Assembly (NCBI RefSeq): GCF_006345805.1
Contig: NC_043010.1
Span: forward strand, 14,880,001-14,944,000
Origin: Octopus sinensis
Taxonomy: Eukaryota
Length of the DNA: 64,000 bases
Direction: 5' to 3'
Shown piece after piece: positions 50,900-64,000 of the stretch. The position numbers and the translations under genes were made by a program. Numbering within the stretch: position 1 is the stretch's first letter; each line of letters begins with the position of its first letter. The notes beneath the pieces are model-generated. The model made no database searches. It was not told the DNA's origin and worked only from the letters and a program-made list of their open reading frames with translations.

Positions 50900-52190
50900 G
50901 GTGGAAACCCTACACAGAGGCGATCAAGGAACTCCGCAGGTCTGTAGTCACCCAGCACACCTGCAGTGCTAAGTCAAGCGTTTCTCATTCCTCCGTATAT
51001 TTCAGTCTACAGACGCATGCTTAGATTAGATTCATTCGCTCGGGTCCTTCTCGCTGCATACACCCACCTTTTTACAAACTTACTAGTGGGGAAGCACATC
51101 CCGACCCACCTTCACTTCCCGTTCCAGGTGGAACTTGATAATCTGGCGAGGGCTTGGTTGACAAGGAAAGTATCTGTCCTCAGTATTTTCAGTCTCGTTC
51201 AACGTTACATTGTCTTCCGCCGTGGTGCACTTCTCGTTCAAAGGAAAGTGGTAGGGTGACCTTTTACAGCTGAAACATTGATAGTCGGATGTGTTTGTTT
51301 CTTCGTTCTCGAGCCATATCCTGGCTCATAAGGGCCGGTTTCCCGGTTCTCTTGCCGTATAGGTTCCCCATCTGGACGAGACGCCGGTCCGTCGCAGGTG
51401 AGCTGCAAGATGCAGGAAGAAAGAGTGAGAGAAAGTTGTGGCGAAAGAGTCAGCAGAAGTTCGCCATTACCTTCTGCCGGAGCCGCGTGGAGCTTAGGTG
51501 TTTCGCTCATAAACACACACATCGCCCGGTCTGAGATTCGAACCCGCGATCCCTCGACTGCGAATCCGCTGACCTAACCACTAGGCCATGTGCCTCCATA
51601 GTTGGATGTGTCCCATACTGGATAGTAGTTGTTCACCAGGAAGGTTTCGTCGTTAGCCCCACTTAGGACTGGAAGGCCAGGGATTGCTGGCAGTTATCCA
51701 TGGTCCCCAGCCCGAAAGTTTTCCAGCAACTTGATTTTTATCAAGATTTTCCAAAAGGATGCGGTTGCTCTTACCCACCACTAACTCTCTATAGAAGTCC
51801 TTGATGGAACATTCACCAGTGGCATGACCCTTATATAAAAAGGAATGTCAGCGCATGACTGCGCTGAAAGTGTCGGGCGTCCTGCTTCGGTTTCCGGCTA
51901 TTCATGGGAGCGAGCTGCAGAAAAGCGCGTATAGTAATACAGCGCCCACACCTGCTCGCCATCAAAGAAATGCTGGAGGAATTGCAGCCCCAGTACAAGC
52001 CTTTACACCATAAACCACTGAATGACCAGTCCTCTGCGCAGCAAATGGACCATCCAACCAACGAAACATGTCACATCCACTGAAATCGTAAGCGGAAACG
52101 ATCCATTCTCCCACTCGAATGCTGCACACATTTGCTAACATCAAGCACTATACACCTTTCCAGATCCGTGAAAGACCGATAATAATGAAT
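50900..52190 (-). pseudogene. Degenerate L1/Tx1-like LINE ORF2 C-terminal region, interrupted by a SINE
   Basis: Broken minus-strand frames read LSRIWKG, SICC, QHFFDGEQVW, KTFG.GTMDNCQQSLAFQ, TRLK.LRTDTFL, FHLEREVKV and SKFVKRWV. This is consistent with recalled Tx1/L1-type ORF2 tails. There are many stops and frameshifts. Confidence 0.55.
51295..51597 (-). mobile_element. SINE family D with TSD
   Basis: TSD ATAGT(C/T)GGATGTGT at 51281-51294 / 51598-51611. Confidence 0.8.
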
Positions 52191-52199
52191 GCGGTAAAA

Positions 52200-52244
52200 T
52201 TAGTAGTAGTAGTAGTAGTAGTTATTATAATGATGCTGCTGCTG

Positions 52245-52290
<46 letters not shown>

Positions 52291-52306
52291 TAATAATAAT
52301 AATAAC

Positions 52307-52338
<32 letters not shown>

Positions 52339-52560
52339 TGATGATGATGAAGGAAACGAAGAGAACGAAATGGAACAAGACGAACAAAAGGAAGAAAAAG
52401 GAAAGAAGAAAGAAGAAAGAAGAAGAAGAAAAGAAGAAGAAAAAGAAGAAGAAAAAGAAGAAAAAGAAGAAAAAGAAAAAGAAGAAAAAGAAGAAAAAGG
52501 AGAAGAAGAAGAAGAAGAAGAAGAAGAAGAAGAAGAAGAAGAAGAAGAAGAAGAAATAGT
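52200..52560. repeat. Compound (TAG)n(TAA)n(TGA)n(GAA)n array
   Basis: Directly visible. Confidence 0.95.
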
Positions 52561-53383
52561 AAAGATGAAGTAGAAGAAATAGTAAAGATGAAGTAGAAGT
52601 AGACGTCCCGGAGCGTTAGAATTAATATTGAAAAAGAAAGATTTAATTTTCTTTTCTATAGAATTAAGTGAATAACTGGCGAGACTGGTTTTGTCCGGAA
52701 ACGGTGATATATCAGGATGTTCTTGGCTATATATTTTTGTAATTGTCCAAAATGGATTTTTTCCCTTCTTACATTTTATAGTAATCATTTTGAAAGTCTT
52801 TTCTTTGGCTATTTTTTTTACTTCTTTGTAAACTTTACATTCTTAGTTATCGTTTGGTTTATTTTCTTGTTCATTTTTCTGTGTCTTACTTTCTAATAAT
52901 TTCCCGTCTGTCTATATTTGCTGTTTCTTGAAGCGGCAAAATGGTGGAAATGTAAAGGCGGCCTGACTTCAAACATTTTGCAGTTTTTAGTTTAGCTTTA
53001 CTTTTTAGCTTTGTTCTTCTCCATCCTCTCTCTCAGTTCAAATCACGTTGCGACTGACCTCAACTCGGATCTTTGTTTTATGGTTTAGTCAAAAGGAGAA
53101 AGAGTATCACCCATAAACCTTTGCAAGTTCTTTGAGACTGACGAAGGAAGAGAAGAACGGAATAAACTACATCTCTGAGGCAGATCATCAAGATATCGGG
53201 TTATATCGATATTGATGTGATTCAACTATTGGAAGAGAATGAAATTTGCTAAAGGCATCAAACGGCCATATTATGTTAAAGTTAGCGACGGGCGAGGTTG
53301 CTATTTTTAACACCACCAAAATAGAAACCAAAATAGAAACTGTCATCCTACTAGAAATAGCAGCTAAGTGGTTTTTATATAAA

Positions 53384-53614
53384 GGCGGCGAGCTGGCAGA
53401 AGCGTTAGCACGCCGGGCGAAATGCTTTGCGGTATTTCGTCTGCCGTTACGTTGTGAGTTCAAGTTCCGCCGAGGTCGACTTTGCCTTTCATCCTTTCGG
53501 GGTCGATAAATTAAGCACCAGTTATGCACTGGGGTCGATGTAATCGACTTAATCCGTTTGTCTGTCCTTGTTTGTCCTCTCTGTGTTTAGCCCCTTGTGG
53601 GTAGTAAAGAAATA
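53384..53614 (+). mobile_element. SINE family B monomer with perfect 14-bp TSD
   Basis: GGTTTTTATATAAA at 53370-53383 and 53615-53628, which fixes the 3' end as GTAAAGAAATA. Confidence 0.9.
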
Positions 53615-53842
53615 GGTTTTTATATAAATCATATCCCAATGTCTTAAAAAAAAGGACATGTTGCTTACATTAGTCATGTCTATCGAAAAGTACGGGAATG
53701 TCAATATTGGATCTATTTAGCCCATCGTGGGGCTTCCTCATAGTTCTGCTCAACCCAGTTTCACTCACGAGACTGAGGTTTATCTGAGATCATTGCAGGA
53801 GATGCTTTCCCAAGTTACTGCTCAGTGGAATTGGATTCTCTC

Positions 53843-54247
53843 TTTTCTTTTACTCTTTTACTCTTTTACTTGTTTCAGTCATTTTGACTGCGGCCATGCT
53901 GGAGCACCGCCTTTAATCGAGCAACTCGACCCCAGGACTTATTCTTTTGTAAGCCCAGTATTTATTCTATCGGTCTCTTTTGCCGAACCGCTAGGTTACT
54001 GGGACATAAACACACCAGCACAGACACAAACACACACACAAACATACACACATATATATATATATGTATATATACATATATACGACAGGCTTCTTTGAGT
54101 TTCCGTCTAGCAAATCCACTCACAAGGCTTTGGTCGGCCCGAGGCTATAGTAGAAGACACTTGCCCATGGTGCCCCACGTAGTGGGACTGGGCCCGGAGC
54201 CATGTGGTTGGTAAGCAAGCTACTTACCACACTGCCACTCCTGCGCC
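53843..54247 (-). mobile_element. SINE family A
   Basis: Reverse complement of the consensus with an internal deletion. Confidence 0.8.
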
Positions 54248-54974
54248 TATATATTCTGAACTATATGGTTGCGAAGAAGACCTCATATGTCATTCATCGA
54301 CCCGAGTTTACAGTAAAAAAGCAGTTGGCAAGATACCACGCAGTGGGACGGAACTGAAAACCACAACGTTGCGAGGCAAACTTCGTAACCACACCATTCC
54401 GTATTTTGAACATTCTCTCAGTGCGGCGGTTGCAAGTCGTGATATGTTCCTCCAGCTGAAGATAAAACGATGTTATTGGTGGATTGGCAATAGATAGAGT
54501 TGAAATTAACATTGGTTATGTCCTCCCATATCTTCCTTAACAAATGCATGATCGCGTTGAGGCGGTCGACTTACCGTTACAGTGCACACGTTCAAAAGAG
54601 ACAGCTCTGTGTAAGTACCGCGAGGTAGTCCTTTGGGTTGATAGTCTGATGTAGGCTAGATGAGTGTCCAGGTGTTTTAATCAGTCATTCGTGATATTTC
54701 TACCTTGATCTGATAAATGCGATGAATAATTTCACTGAACAAGATGTGAGACAAGAAGATTTCAAATTCGCATACGTCGCCATATAGATGTTGGGGAGCT
54801 TAAGACATGGGTATGTGTTAAGATGCACGCTTTGCAGACACGTAGTTATGTATTTTGTCCTACTGCGCGGCAACGTGGGCAACTGTCTTCTTAGTTGAAT
54901 GGTGTGACCGACCAATATCTTATTAGTAAACTTAGTAGACAGCACTTGCTTTGAAGCCCGCCGTATATGCATAC

Positions 54975-55033
<59 letters not shown>

Positions 55034-55061
55034 GTGTGTGTGTGTGTGTGTGTATGCATAT

Positions 55062-55098
<37 letters not shown>

Positions 55099-55113
55099 CA
55101 TATAGATATATAA

Positions 55114-55294
55114 ATCGCTAGCCACTATACCTTTTTCTATTTTCTCTCCCTGTTTATTTCTGTGTTCCTTTCTGTCGAAGAGCGTAGGCTCGAAATGTAA
55201 AAGACTCTCTCACTTCCCTAGCGTTAAACTAATACATCAGTTTGTTGATTACACATCCGTCTTCGTCTTTTGTTTCGTTTTTGTAAATTCTCAC
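55114..55294 (+). mobile_element. Family H1 element
   Basis: Hammerhead-like motif at 55168-55203 (CTTT-CTGTCGA-A-GAGC gtag GCTC-GAAA-TGT-A-AAAG). Ends at TA/CA repeat. Confidence 0.7.
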
Positions 55295-55925
55295 TATACA
55301 TATATATATTCACACACACTTATATACATATGTATTTGTATGCATGTATGTATACACACACACACACACATACACACACACACATATACACACACACATA
55401 TATATGTGCATATATACCACAGGATTCTTTTAGTTTTCATCTACGAAATTCACTCACAATGCTTTGGTCAGCCCGAAACTGTAGACACTTGCCCAAGGTG
55501 ATACTCGGAGAGAAGCCGGAAACATGTTGGGAAAAGGAATGTTACCACACAGCTACGCCTGTGCCAAATATGTGTACATATGATATATATATATATTATA
55601 TATATATATATTATATATATATATTATATATATATATATATATATGCATATATATATTATGTGCGTGTGTGTGTGTGTGTGTGTGTTGTGATATGCCTTT
55701 GATTCATGCGGACTATTGTGCTTGTGAGCAGATTTGGTAGACGGAAAATGTGCGGAAGCCTGTCATGTAGGTGTGTGTATGTGTGTGTGTGTGAGTGTGT
55801 GTGGATATGTAGATAGGTAGGTAGGTGTATATTGATGAAGGTTGTAAACATCAGTGAGAAAACCGAGAATCCGTTATTCTCCAAACGAAGTTCCTTCTGA
55901 TAATTGTTCTGTACTGAGGTAGAAG

Positions 55926-56353
55926 CGATCTTTTCGGTTTGAACGGCAGTTTTTTCTAGCGGTGTCATTTGAAATTGTCACCCATAATTATGACCCTACT
56001 ATCGATCTATTGCATTTCAATCTGTTTTAGGGTTAGGGTTAGTTAGGGTTAGGGGTGGGGGGAAGGGTATCTTTTTTTCTTCACAAATGTAAATAAACCC
56101 AATCTGTTTCTTAAACGAGGGACATATTCATAAGGGCACAGAAAGTTTTTTCCTAAAATAGACGTAATTGATTGGTTGAAATTGCAGAAATTGAAGAAAA
56201 AGCAACAACAAATATCTTACAAACTATAGAATTTTCTCAATAAAGCCAAGAGAAAAAGATGTTTTATAAACACATTCTACCAGTATACGAAGTTAAAATT
56301 TTTTAGTTACCTAGAAATTATGTAAAAACTGCCGTTCAAACCGATAAGATCCC
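55926..56353 (-). mobile_element. MITE (same family as 13746-14172), reverse orientation
   Basis: Same TIRs; internal TTAGGGTTAGGGTTAGTTAGGGTTAGGG at about 56027-56054. Confidence 0.85.
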
Positions 56354-57583
56354 GAATTCCTTCTGATAATTGTTCTGTACTGAGGTTGAGGCACTTCTTT
56401 CAAACTCATGCTGTCTGAAATGCAGTGAACCCGTAATTGGTTTGTTAGAAACCTGTAACCAACGACGCCATTGTTCAGCAATCAAAATATATAAAATAAC
56501 AATAAACATACCACTCTTATTGACTATGTCTGTTCCTCACAAAGCTTGACGTTTTTCTCTTTGGTTAAAATAAATCTATATTTAAAGATGAATAGATCCG
56601 TTAACAATGTTTTGTTTGCTTTTTAAACTGGGTTTTTGTGCAACTCAAAGTATGCTTTAATTGTAAATGAATTATTGATATCAAAGTAGACCAAAGACGT
56701 AAAAATAAATGAATGAAAATCGAAAGAAAAGATTCCACATGAATAGTCTTAAGAAATAACATTTGTTAGAATCGCTTTTCTCAATCGATTCTCCTTTAAA
56801 TTCTTCAGAAAATATTTTTCAATGATTTTTGACTATACACACACAATATTTACAGCACACAGACAATGAAACGAAATTCTATGCATTCTTATGTATATAC
56901 GTTTATTAAGCAATATTTTTCAACAAACGTTTTATTAATTTTCAACAATATCTAAAACAATTTACCATAAATTTTGCCTTCTATTTGTCAGCAAATGTAT
57001 TTCAATGATTTTTCTCTGAGTAAATGCATTGTTGTGCGGTTAAGAAGTTTTGCTTTGTAATGAGACGACGAAGTTCGGGGTTCGATCTCACTTGGTGGTA
57101 ATTTCAGCGTATCTCTTTTCCGCAGTAAATTTATGAATGAAATTTAATAGACGGTAGCTCGTCGTAACTTAAGTGTATTAGTTCGTATTTGTATATGGGG
57201 GATGCTGAAAAGGTCCTGGCTTTGAGTAAAAGTAAGTACTGGAGGTTCAGTTACTTATGATTTTATTCAACATACTCTCCTATCAAATTCACAGACTTAT
57301 TCCAGCCCTGTCAAAGAATCCGAGAGGTCGGGCTTCTGACCAGGTCTTTCGTAATACCTTTAAAGTCAGAAGATTTTCAACACATACATACTTTGTACAT
57401 ACATACTTACATACAAACATACATGCATACATACATACATACATACATACATACATACATACGTACATACATACATAAGAGGGGGTAAAAGAAAATATTG
57501 GAGGTTCAGTTAATTATGATTTTATTTGACACATTCCCCTCTCAGAATCACACACTTATTGCAGCGGTTATTCAGTCTAAGCC

Positions 57584-57877
57584 CTCTTTTGCCAAACTGC
57601 TAAGTTACGGGGACAGAAACACACCATCATCCGTTGCCAAGCGATGTGGGGGGGGCGGCAAACACAGACACACAGACACACACATACATACATACATACA
57701 CATATACATATATACGACGGGCTTCTTTCAGTTTCCGTCTACCCAATCCACTCACGAAGCTTTGGTCGGCCCGAGGCTATAGTAGAAGACACTTACCCAA
57801 CGTGCCACGCAGTGGGACTGAACCCGGAACCATGTGGTTGGTAAGTAAGCTACTTACCACACATCCACTCCTACGCC
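57584..57877 (-). mobile_element. SINE family A, 3'-truncated
   Basis: Head intact; body matches the consensus. Confidence 0.8.
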
Positions 57878-58050
57878 TATGATAATAGATACAAGGAAAT
57901 AGAACTCAAGACATGAGTGTATATATATCAATTAAATATAAGGATAAAACCTATATAAGATTTGTATCAAGTAGCCAGCGTGTAAAACCAATTAACGTAA
58001 AAAAATTAATACTAAGTATATAATTTTAAAAAAATACATTGTTGCATTAA

Positions 58051-58560
58051 GGGCTGTTACTATAAGTAAAGCCACGCGCTGGAAAGGGACGCTAAACTCT
58101 TATTTACTTTATCAAATATACACTACACGCTGAAATCGAGAAATTGAACAAACAAAAAATATTTTTTTAACAAAGATTCAGTTGCATATCAAAACGATTT
58201 CGTGGTCAGCACTGTAACACGCTCTCCACTCGTCAGTGCAAACTGAACCCGAAATATATAAACATAAATACTTACACATACCATACGAACACAGCGTATC
58301 CACAGAGCATATACAAATGTTCACACTTATATACCCATGAAAAGCCTTATATCTTGTTCATGTCAGCCACCTGTGTATCACCAAAATAATTCACCACTGA
58401 ATATATTCCAATTTGATATTTATTTATTATATATCTAATAAATAAATCTATTATTTATCTAATATTTATCTAATAAGGATAAAATCGATATAAGGTTTGA
58501 TAAAGTAGTTTCACTTTAACGTCACTGTCCAGCGTATGGCTTCACCTACAGTAACAGCCC
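58051..58560. mobile_element. MITE with ~65-bp imperfect TIRs and TTAA flanks (Kolobok- or Harbinger-like)
   Basis: TTAA-GGGCTGTTACT(A/G)TA(A/G)GT(A/G)AAGCCA...GTAACAGCCC-TTAA. Confidence 0.7.
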
Positions 58561-58567
58561 TTAATGT

Positions 58568-58624
<57 letters not shown>

Positions 58625-58810
58625 GCGCACGCGTACACACACATACACTCACACAGATACATGTACAAACACACACATTATTCGGGAAGTGTTTCAATCA
58701 TTACTCAAGAGTTTCGTGCATTACTAATTATCAGACTTTGATGAGAGCTAATGAATGAAATTCATGAGATTTGAGTCACTCTGTAACTGCTGCTAATTAT
58801 ATATATATAC

Positions 58811-58854
<44 letters not shown>

Positions 58855-58880
58855 ATATATATATATATATATGTATGTAC

Positions 58881-58922
<42 letters not shown>

Positions 58923-58927
58923 TATGG

Positions 58928-58979
<52 letters not shown>

Positions 58980-58984
58980 TATGG

Positions 58985-59031
<47 letters not shown>

Positions 59032-59068
59032 TATATGTACATATATATATATACATATATATATATAT

Positions 59069-59113
<45 letters not shown>

Positions 59114-59589
59114 ATACATACATATATACATACAGATAAATTAAATAATAAGGGTAGAAATTGATATTAATCAATTAAAACCAGTGGCTTAACATATTTA
59201 GAAAATCTGAACATTAAAAATTGTGCTACATTAATCTTGTATGTATATATATATACATACGTATGTACGTATGTATATATAACAAAGTAAAACAAGATGG
59301 GGTAAAAGGTAGGAGGAATTTTAATAACGCTATAGAGGTTACAGTTGTTTCATAATCCACTCAAAATTACCTCACCAACTTTGATGTAGATAAGTACACG
59401 AGTACACACACACACACACATACATATATACACACATGTATATATACATACATGTAATATACACAAATGCATATAGTCATGCGATGATGTGCCTAAAATA
59501 AAAGACCACATCGTCACATCTTCAGGCTCGATTTGGAAGGATGCACCTTAGGGTAGGTTCCACTCGATTCTTTAAATCCCGCAATATCT

Positions 59590-59720
59590 GCTTCGTCTTT
59601 TTCCTCCTCTCTGAAATTTTTCCTCGTTCCGACGAAGAGCCATGCTCGAAACGTCAATTATAATTCCTATTTTTCTATCTAAAATTTTCTCTGACCGTCA
59701 CTCTATTATATTCACTGGAT
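59590..59720 (+). mobile_element. Diverged H2-related element with hammerhead-like motif
   Basis: GTT-CCGACGA-A-GAGC cat GCTC-GAAA-CGT-C-AAT at 59626-59658. Confidence 0.55.
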
Positions 59721-60099
59721 GCATTTAATTGAATTGTGTTGTTTTCTCACTTATTTTAAATATTTGATTCACGGTATGGACGCTTTGTTTTTGCTTTGGT
59801 GTCTCGCTCTGCTGTATGCGACTATGAGGATTTGCTTCCCAAACTTATAATGTAATACATGTCTTTGGTGTGGTAATTGTGCGCGGCTGAAGAAGGCTGT
59901 TGACATACATATTACATCAATTATGTATTGATATAAACTGTCTAATAAAGCCAGAAACATATGTACCGCTAAATTCTTTGCATCCTGTTTTTCTTTTGAT
60001 AATCATACCCTATCACCTACACCACTAACTGGCGTATACAGGTGCTTACTGTTATGAAGTATTCACCCTGAATTTTTTGTATATATATATATATTATCT

Positions 60100-60475
60100 T
60101 CTTGCTTCAGTCATTTGACTGTGGCCATGCTGGTATCCGCCTTAAAGGGATTTAGTCGAACACATATTTTTGTAAGCGTAGTACTTATTCTACCGACCTG
60201 TTTTACCGACCCGCTAAGATACAGGGACGTAAACACACCAACACTGGATGTCAATCGGTGGTGGGAGACACAAAGACACACACACAACACACACACGCAC
60301 ATATATATGTGTGTGTGTGTGAGAGAGACTTCTTTTGGTTTCCGTCTACCAAACCCACTAACGAAGGTTTGGTCGGCCTGAGGCTATAGTAGAAACACTT
60401 GATCAAAGTGCCACGCGATGGTGCTCAAGCTGGCACCATGTGATTGGGAAGTAAGCTTCTTATTACAGAACCACA
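60100..60475 (-). mobile_element. SINE family A, diverged
   Basis: Tail and body motifs are recognisable. Confidence 0.7.
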
Positions 60476-60492
60476 TTTGCATATATATATAC

Positions 60493-60547
<55 letters not shown>

Positions 60548-60553
60548 CTATAT

Positions 60554-60587
<34 letters not shown>

Positions 60588-60621
60588 ATATATATAATAT
60601 ATATATATATATAATACATAT

Positions 60622-60655
<34 letters not shown>

Positions 60656-60780
60656 ACATATAAATATACATATAAATACGTATGCATATATACATATATA
60701 TATAAATATACATATATATATAACATATACATATATATATATACATATACATATATATATATACATATACATATATATAC

Positions 60781-60831
<51 letters not shown>

Positions 60832-60835
<4 letters not shown>

Positions 60836-61034
60836 ATCCAAACAAGAAAGCACAAAAAAACACAACAACGCGAGGACGTGGAACAAATATAGCATTATTG
60901 GACGTTCAGGAGAGAAGGAAAGAAGGAGGGTTTAACGTTTCGAGAGGAGCTCTTCGTCGGAAACATAGGAGAAGGAAAAATCCAGAGAAGGGAAGACAGA
61001 GGAAAAAAAAATCGCCAACGGTACACACGAGGTC
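60832..61034 (-). mobile_element. Family H2 element
   Basis: Hammerhead-like motif at 60930-60964; the 3' end abuts a ~350-bp (TA)-rich tract. Confidence 0.75.
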
Positions 61035-61037
61035 ACA

Positions 61038-61393
61038 TTCACTGCGTGGCACCTTGGGCAAGTGTCTTTTACTACAGTCTCGGGTTGGTCAAAGCCTTGT
61101 GAGTGGATTTGCTATATTGGTGGACAGAAACTGACAGGAGCTCTTCGTGTACATATATATGTATATATATTTATGTGTGTCTTTGTGTCTGTGTTTTTCC
61201 CCGATCATCGTTTGAAAACTGTTGTTGGTGTGCATATGTCGCCGAAACTTAGCGGTTCGGCAAAAGTGACCAATAGAATAAGCACTAGGCTTACAAAGAA
61301 TTTCTGGGGTCGATTTGCTCGACTAAAGATGGTGCTCCTACATGGCCGTAGTCAAATGACTGAAACGTGTCAAAGAGTAAAAGAGTAAAAAGA
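61038..61393 (+). mobile_element. SINE family A lacking its A-box head
   Basis: Begins at CACTGCGTGGCACCTTGGGCAAGT, immediately after the H2 element. Confidence 0.7.
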
Positions 61394-62561
61394 GTACACA
61401 CACACACACAGAAACACACACACACACAAAATGTATTTTATGTATACGTGTACATGTGTATCTTTCTGTAAATTGATATAAAATCCAACATGCTAATGAT
61501 AAAGTAGTGTTTGATGAACGAAGTTTATTGACACACATGGAACTAACAAAACACTCCTTTGTCTTTTGTAACATGAGAAATGAAATGAGATAGTAATTGG
61601 CCCGTTGCAAACCAGTAATAACTAAATGATGATTTATTTAACGAAAACAAAAACAATGAAGAATTTAAAATAAATAAATACCTGTACCAATATTTTAAAG
61701 TAATATTTCAATGAATCTTCCATTTCTCCTGTTACTCCTCGGGAAAAACATTGAATTGATTTCTCGCCCTATAACTTTCAATGCAAACATAGCAATGTTT
61801 TCTGCGAATATTATAATACATTGACAGCGATGTTTTCAATTATTGTTTTACCAGATCTTTGAGAGCCATTGACCTTACACTGTCTGCAATTATATTGAGT
61901 AGGAGACAGACAATTATTTTACATAAAACAACCGCAAGCTTTCCTCTAAACAACACATGTCAACAAAAAAAAAAAACAAACGAAAATCAAGCTATGTGTA
62001 TACATGTACATGAATGTTGTTCCATAGTTTTCTGAGCTAGCTATGAATGTGAGTGACTTGTTAATGAATGCGTATCTGAGCATTAGTGCGCGTATATGTA
62101 CGAGTGTGCGCATTTCAGTATGCGAATGTGTGATTATATGAGTCTGTGTATCTATGTTATTCTAATACAAAAGATTTACATGTCTACCGAGGATACGCCA
62201 TCAATTAGACAGCCTGTCAATGGAAATGGAGCTTTCATCTTCTTACTGTTTACTATGTATTTATCTATAATTCTCTATAAATACATGTGTATGTGTGTGT
62301 GTGTTTCAGTGCATGTATGTGTTGTGCGTATGAGCGTACCTGTGTATAAGCATGTGCGATTTCGTGTATGTGCATGTATAATTGTATATTAGTGCATCGG
62401 AGAGAAATTAGGTAAATAAGTAAAAGGATGATGTAACGAATGACGAACGTAAAAGAAAAAAAATAATAATTTTCGTTTTATTTGGAGAAGGAGGATAAAA
62501 ACCTAGAGGTAATTGTTAGAAAGCGGAGATAATTACAAGAAATACACAATAGATATATGTA

Positions 62562-63776
62562 CAGGGGTTGGACAAAATAATGGAAACCCCTTAAATTTCA
62601 AACAAATTTATTTTAATATGGGGTTGAACCGCCTTGGCAGAAGTTACAGGTTGAATTCTACGAGGTATGGACTCGTACAAAGTTCGAATTGTTTCCGAAG
62701 GAATTTTTCTCCATTCTTCAGCTAAAACAGTCTCTAGTTTTTGTAGTGATGATCGAGGAGGATATTGACTCCTTATTTGTTTTTCTATGCACCATAAATG
62801 TTCAATAATTTTGAGATCTAGGGACTGTGGTAGCCAGATAAGATATTCAATTTCCCTACAATGTTCCTCGCACCATTCAGCAACAAATTTAGCTGTGTGA
62901 ATTGGTACATTATCATCCCGAAAGATGTGTGAATTAGTACAATATCATAGGATTAATTTGATCAGATAAAATGCTTAAATAGTCTTGACTATTAATTCTG
63001 CGATGAAGGGAAACCATTGGATTTCCAAGATATAACCCCACCCTCACCAGATTATCACAGACCCTCCTCTGTGTTTAACAATTGGAAAAAGGCAGTTTGG
63101 GTTAAGTGCTTCGTTTCAGTGTCTCCACACGTATACTCGGCCGGTGGTAGGAAATAAGGTAAAGGATGACTCGTCCGAGAAAATAACATTCTTCCACTGC
63201 TCTAGGGACCAATTCTGTAGGTTTTTTACTCCACTCTAAACGCTTTGCAACATTTGTTTTTGAAAGTAGTGGTTTTTTTATTGAAGCTTTCCCGTGAAAT
63301 CCGGCTTTGTGCAGCTCCCGGCAAAAAGTATTTGTGGAAACTGGGTTCTCGAGGTGGTCATTAAGCTCTGCAGTAATCTTGGGAGCCGTATTTTTGTGAT
63401 CCTTCAAACAACTTGCGTAAGAGTCTGACGGTTCGTATCTGAAAGTTTTGGTTTTCTTCCGGAGTTTTGTTTCGGCGAGGAGGTTTTTCCCTCTTTCTCA
63501 AAGGCTGTCATTACTTTCGAGACAGTACTTCTTGATATAGAAGACATTTCAGCCATTTTCGTTACGCTAGCGCCTGCCATACAAGCACCAACATAATTTT
63601 AGTTACCTTTTCTGATGATATCTGAAAAGAAACATCAAATTTAGTAAAATATATTAAGCAACACTAACAGTAAATAAAAAACAACATAAAAATAAACAAA
63701 CATTTGACGGTTTTATAGATATTCAAAATTATGATGCTATGATGCTAGGTGTTTCCATTATTTTGTCCAACCTCTG
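62562..63776 (-). mobile_element. Tc1-family DNA transposon with intact ends, degenerate transposase
   Basis: 29-bp TIRs CAG(G/A)GGTTGGACAAAATAATGGAAAC(C/A)CC with TA TSD (62560-61 / 63777-78). The minus-strand ORF fragment at 63102-63407 (KITAELN..PVST..RELHKAGFHG..KKPLLS..KRLEWSK) is Tc1-like and is followed by FSDES and TVKHGG-like remnants in other frames. Confidence 0.9.
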
Positions 63777-63911
63777 TAGGTAGGGCAAAATCTGATGTTT
63801 GTTTATATGTAAGAGTAAAGTTACAGACTTGTGACGATCGTAGTGAACATCATCGCTGAAATGTGATGAGCTAACAATAGATTTTACATATAGAAATATT
63901 ACGAGGACTTT

Positions 63912-64000
63912 GGGATCTTTTCGGTTTGACCGGCAGTTTTTAAAAATAATTTCCACGTAACTAAACACTTTTAAACTTCGTATACTGGTAGAATGTGTTT
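63912..64000 (+). mobile_element. Left end of MITE (family of 13746-14172), cut by window edge
   Basis: GGGATCTTTTCGGTTTGACCGGCAGTTTTT..AAACTTCGTATACTGGTAGAATGTGTTT. Confidence 0.85.

Noticed and set aside
53134-53175. GAGA-CTGACGAAGG...TCTC hammerhead-like trace
   Set aside because: There is no stem II pairing and no intact GAAA; too degenerate to call.

Overview
AT-rich, microsatellite-saturated eukaryotic (metazoan) DNA. The repeat landscape looks like an octopod cephalopod genome; this is inference from recalled SINE families, not a database hit. No intact host gene can be supported. The best host-related signal is a CpG-rich promoter-like patch near 480-520 with a possible first exon on the minus strand. 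The window is dominated by four tRNA-derived SINE families (about 30 copies) and LINE remnants (an R4/Dong-type RLE fragment sitting in (TAA)n, two CR1 3' ends, a Tx1/L1-like ORF2, an RTE-like 5' UTR). It also holds DNA transposon relics (mariner deletion derivative, a Tc1 with intact ends, a Chapaev3-like transposase fragment, several MITEs), a Penelope-like GIY-YIG remnant, a 5'-truncated tRNA-Gly(GCC) and many simple repeats. Most ORFs in the supplied track are microsatellite or SINE artefacts. The most striking unexplained structure is a set of roughly a dozen minimal hammerhead-ribozyme-like motifs, read by eye and untested. They lie in short elements whose 3' ends abut (TA)n tracts: a tandem ~555-bp repeat with a canonical CUGACGA/GAAA core and an inverted 5' end, and two dispersed ~200-bp families with fixed non-canonical cores (CCGA, CUGU). 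A second notable pattern is a SINE that forms head + (184-bp body)n arrays, consistent with insertion into its own copies.
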